Part shown: positions 59,588-64,000 of the stretch, piece by piece
Numbering within the stretch: position 1 is the stretch's first letter
Layout of the letters: every line of letters begins with the position of its first letter
DNA from: Oikopleura dioica
Taxonomy: Eukaryota > Animalia > Chordata
Length of the DNA: 64,000 nt
Direction of reading: 5' to 3'
Assembly (NCBI GenBank): GCA_907165135.1
Contig: OU015566.1
Location: 1,922,001-1,986,000, forward strand
The notes under the pieces: model-generated
Told to the model about the DNA's origin: nothing
The model's input: the letters and a program-made list of their open reading frames with translations, nothing else
Database searches by the model: none
Program-made: the position numbers and the translations under genes

Positions 59588-62500
59588 TCACTCGAGGAAT
59601 TTGAATGGATTAAATATTGAGAAGGAATTTTTCCAGCGAAGATTTGCGGAATCATCTGGTTGATATCGATGTGTTCGTGGCTCGACTGTAGTGTCTGTAA
59701 CTGCATCAGGGTGAGCTTTTCCGAGTGACTGTAGTTCAGTTGTCGCAAATCTAGAAATTTGGTTCGAAAAAGAAGGAAGCCTTATTATTGGGCAAAAATG
59801 GAAGTGAATTTCTGAATGACCAATGAGATTGCTGTATTTGGCCTTCCGGCCAATCAAAATCCTGATCCATAAAATCACTTCCATGTTTTTGTTGAACCCT
59901 TATTATTCACCTCTTAGGAGCTTGAGCGTTTCATAGAATCGAATCTTGGCGGTGTTGGACTGGAGTCGTTGCTCTTCGACGATGATATTCAGGTTCAACG
60001 CTTTGAGCAGTTGATTTTGCAATGTTTCCACGTCGTTTGTGTATGATAGCCCGGCGCGATCTGAGAAATTCACTTTAATTATGCTCCGTCTTTCAGCGCT
60101 TGAAGGTTCATTTTTCATTTCAGCTGTTTTCTGGTGAAGGTAAAAGGTTTAATTTGAACGAACTATTCATGCTTGATTTTTAGATTTATCGAAGAATTAT
60201 CAACGAAAAAAGCCGGGTTTAAAGCGAAAATTAGACTTTCCAAAATATTTTTCCAGCCCATTAAAATGATTATATTAGCCAAAAAGGAGGACACCGGCCG
60301 TCTAGAAAATTCGTACCTGCTGAAATGAGGGCGATGGCGGAGAAAATCGCAAGCTGGGTTTGAGAAAGCTTCAGGTCGTGGAGTCGACGGGCGTATTCGT
60401 AAAGCGCGTCAACAAGGGTCTCGACGTTTTTTACTAAAAAAAATTGAGCCTTCATCTTTTCGAGTCAGCACGAACCTGTATCGAGAAGATCTTCCTTTGT
60501 ATATCTCCTTCCGTCAGCAAAAACCAACGTAGCGGATTGAGGGTCGTAGAGGGAAGAAAATCTTGTGATGATGACCTTGAAATAGAGTTTAAATGACGAT
60601 CGATTTTACGAGGCGAAATTTTCGAAAAGCTTGCAGAAAAAAAAGTTAACGACCGTAATAAAGTCATGGTATGATTTTAGTAGACTTCTCGAATAGCTCA
60701 GCTTCAGCATTTTTCTCGACTATTCACGCCCAATTATTTTGAACTCTTTTCTTACCTCGAAAGCGCCTGATTTCATCAATTGAACTTGATCGTCTTGATC
60801 CAAAGATCGAAAAGAAGGAATTCTCGTGGCGAAGGCGACAACTTCCCGGACTGCTGGGGAAAATTGATCTGAGAAATCTTGCCAGATCTGTTGGGCATAT
60901 TCAAATCCAAGCGGAAATCGTCGCTAAAAAAGCATAAAAAACTCGTTTCAATTTTCTCCTTCCAACCTCGTCGCCAGTAAAGATGCGTAAGACTCCCTCC
61001 TTGGCATGATTTCTCCTGGCATTTCTAGAGACGACAGCTGTTGAGCCGACAAAGACGACTTTCTGCGTCAATTCAAATGAGGCAGTGTGCGCTTGTTCCA
61101 GCTGCTCCGCGATTTGCTCTGCTCCCAAAGTTGCTTCAGTAAATTGCTTCATCTTTTCGACCATCCTGAATCATCATTTTAGTTAGGGTTAGGGTTCGGG
61201 TAAAAGTAAGGGGAACTTTAGCGAAGAAGATGTTTTTTCCGCTTTAGAAATAGGGGTCGTCTTATGTTTATTTTACGTAACCAGACTGTATCCAAAATCA
61301 AACTCGGCTAACTCAACGATTGACAGTCCATTTCAAGGCCACGGTCTCGCGTCTGCCAGAAAGGCCGAGTGTTACTGTAAGGGACTGTACTTGCGCGCTG
61401 ATTTCAAAACTGTGCCCGAGTCACCCAAATCCCCTCAGTTCGCGCGCTGTTGTCCCAACACGCCCCGGGCAAGAGCAGCATTTGCCTCTGTCACACATCG
61501 ACCCGGTCTGGTAGATAAAAAGACTGGTGCAGTAGAGAGATAGAGACGCAGTAGTCAGGTGAAAGATTAGCCGAGTTGAGACAGGGTATAAAAGGTGAAC
61601 CCTGGCGACCCAGCAGGACGGGGAATAATTTAGCAGAGGCATATTTGGTCAGATCGAGGTATTGAAGTGCAGGTTAAGAATGGAAAAAGACGGACTTTTT
61701 AATTAGCGATGCTGTTGAGAATGCATCGAAAACAGAATCGTTTTGAATAAATTATTTGGACTCGGTTTCTGGTCTCAAGTTTATGTTGTGACACCCTTAT
61801 TTTCAAGCCTCGGGGTTAAGGGTCAGAGGTGGTGAGGGTTTGTCTCTTTGTCATTGTGGTTTAAAATAAGGGTATCACTATAGTAAATTCTGAAATTAAA
61901 TAAGCCTAACTACGTTGAAACTATCGGGTAGAATTCAGAAGAAAAAAGGAATTTTAAGCCTCCTTCTTTTATTACTTTCCTCCCAAAGAGCAAATTAAGA
62001 TCGCTATTAGAGCATGACGGCTGAAAAGAACTCACGTCTGCACTTTTTTGGAAGACGACGGCGATTATATAAGACTGAGGTAACAGAAGAATATACGCAT
62101 TCTATTGATACCAGCGCGACAAATCCTGAGAAATAAAATATGCATACTTTTCAATTCACATTTTTCATCAGAAAAGCCCGGAAAAAACTACGAAGAAAAT
62201 TATCGCCGATAATTTATCGGGAAGCTGTTGTTACTAAAATATGCCAAGAGGCCTTGGGGCGACAAATTGCGTTCCAAAATTACCTCTTTTTATTCTTTTT
62301 AATTTTTATTTTTTCATTAAAATCAATTATCCCGGTTTTAAAAAGAGGTCACTTTTTGGAAAAGAGGTCAAAGAGGCGGGTCAGAATATTTCTTCTTTCG
62401 AATATTTGCTCAAGTTGCGCCAGTTTCGTGCAATTTTGAAAATACGGAGCTTTGGGAAAAACGACTTTTGCTAGACAAATATACAGTAAAAAGACGATAG

Positions 62501-62807
62501 ACGATTTTGATATTGCGACTGGATAAACATGTCTGCCCTTGTGAAGCTCGGGTCAAACTCGGGTTCACTTTTCTACAAATAAGGGGGTAACTTACATTTG
62601 CTCCTTTCTGTTCTGAATCATCTGGCTTTTAACCTTCTTGGGAATGCGTCCATATTTCACCGCGTCTCGCGACATGCCCACATCGAGACACTTTTTGAAT
62701 CGACAGTATTGACAGCGGTTGCGGTTCATTCGGTAGATCTTGCACTGGCCCTGCTTCGGACACTGTCGATACGCGTAGTGATTCGAAATGGTTCGTCTGA
62801 AGAAGCC
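59588..62807 (-). CDS. NR1D/E/F-type nuclear receptor (Rev-erb/E75/ROR-like), 3' part; first zinc-finger exon not found in the window
   Basis: GFFRRT...[30 protein letters not shown]; [32 protein letters not shown] and [11 protein letters not shown]. Confidence 0.85.
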
Positions 62808-63484
62808 CTGAAATTGACAAGATGAGGTCGCTTTTTTCGAGATTTCTGACATGGAATCGACAGATTTGAGATTTGGCGATCTCGTCTGGGTCAGTTTTTT
62901 GGGCAAAAAAATCTATTTTTTTTTTCAATTTTCCCTTTTTTTTTCACCTTAAAAATAGCGTTGAGACACCCTTATTCAATTATTAAGAAAAGGGGTCCCT
63001 TGCTTAAGGGTGTCAACATCTTAATTTTTGATATTTAGTCAATCGATCAAAATCGATGTTGACACCCTTAAGGAATTTTTGACAAGGGCTTTTTTTGATT
63101 AAAATAAGCCAATAAGAAGGGCGTGATTCTGACCTCGTGAGCCTTTAACTTATTTTGGTGACCCGACTCGGGTAATAAAATTCCTCCCAGATCGACTATT
63201 TTATAGCTGGTTTTCTATGCGATCGTAAAATAAAATAATTTCATGCTCCAAAAAATTGAATGATAAATAGGGTAAATCACTTATATTTTCCACTTTTTTT
63301 CTTGCTAAGTAGAGTAGGCATATAATACCTTTTTATAATCCCCAGAAGCTGAGGATCATTTTGACTATTGATAGTGGGGGGTCATCTCGTACCCTGAGGC
63401 CATTTTGGTACCCCGGAAGTCCCAAAATGTGGCCAACTTCGGAAATTCGAATTTTCGAGGCCGTAACTAAGCTTTTTTGACGGA

Positions 63485-64000
63485 GCTATCTATACCAGCT
63501 TGTTGCTCAGGCTCTGACGGTCATTTTGAGGGGTAGAAAAGTATGTCCCGGGCTACTCTAGAAAGTGGTGGAGGTGGTGCAAAGCTGGGGTCAAGACCGG
63601 AAGTCCAGCTAAAATGAACTCTTACGTGATTTAAATACAGTAACACTTTAAAAAAAGCAACTGTAAATACATAATTGGTCACCCGAGGTCAACTTGGGGT
63701 CACTCGGGGTCATCTAAGGTCAAGATTTAAAAATACGTCTTTAATTAAATAACACCCCCAACTTGACCCCAGATGACCCCGAGTGACCCCAAATTGACCT
63801 CGGGTGACCAATTATGTATTTACAGTTGCTTTTTTAAAATGTTACTGTATTTAAATCATATAAGAGTTCATTTTAGCTGGACTTTTGGTCTTGACCCCAG
63901 CTTTGCACCACCTCCACCACTTTCTAGAGTAGCCCGGGACATACTTTTCTACCCCTCAAAATGACCGTCAGAGCCTGAGCAACAAGCTGGTATAGATAGC
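63485..64000. repeat. Long inverted repeat; arms of at least 230 bp (63485-63715 and 63771-64000), may continue past the window end
   Basis: The right arm is the reverse complement of the left with few mismatches; short AT-rich spacer. Confidence 0.92.

Noticed and set aside
61183-61196. TTAGGG x2 as an interstitial telomere
   Set aside because: Only two units; expected by chance.
1-64000. rRNA, tRNA, prokaryotic operons, adenain protease and penton genes
   Set aside because: None recognised; the missing Polinton genes may lie beyond the window start.

Overview
Eukaryotic genomic DNA from a very compact animal genome. Introns are mostly 30-80 nt, some have GA-AG splice sites, and several genes have an AG acceptor directly before the ATG; by inference this resembles the tunicate Oikopleura. 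Bases 1-16476 are one end of an integrated Polinton/Maverick (adintovirus-like) element. It encodes a protein-primed PolB that runs off the window, a double-jelly-roll major capsid split over two frames, an RVE integrase, a packaging ATPase and about ten accessory genes. Several of its genes carry short spliceosomal introns. The accessory genes include a candidate histone H3-like fold protein, a protamine-like peptide and two overprinted ORF pairs, and the element ends in a structured ACTACT terminus. The remainder is host DNA: a C2H2 zinc-finger gene, a near-identical 3.8 kb tandem duplication with a templated junction, ARL3, a C-type lectin, an ankyrin gene, a head-to-head RING/TRAF-finger pair (one copy hit by a hAT MITE), a multidomain AA15 LPMO-CBM14x2-GH18x2 gene, a PLP dehydratase, a Gal-3-O-sulfotransferase, a GT31-like gene, an aldo-keto reductase-like gene, a CTLD/EGF/ZP gene, an sPLA2-like gene, the 3' part of an NR1-type nuclear receptor gene and several foldback elements. 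All gene models were spliced and compared by eye; no database searches were run.
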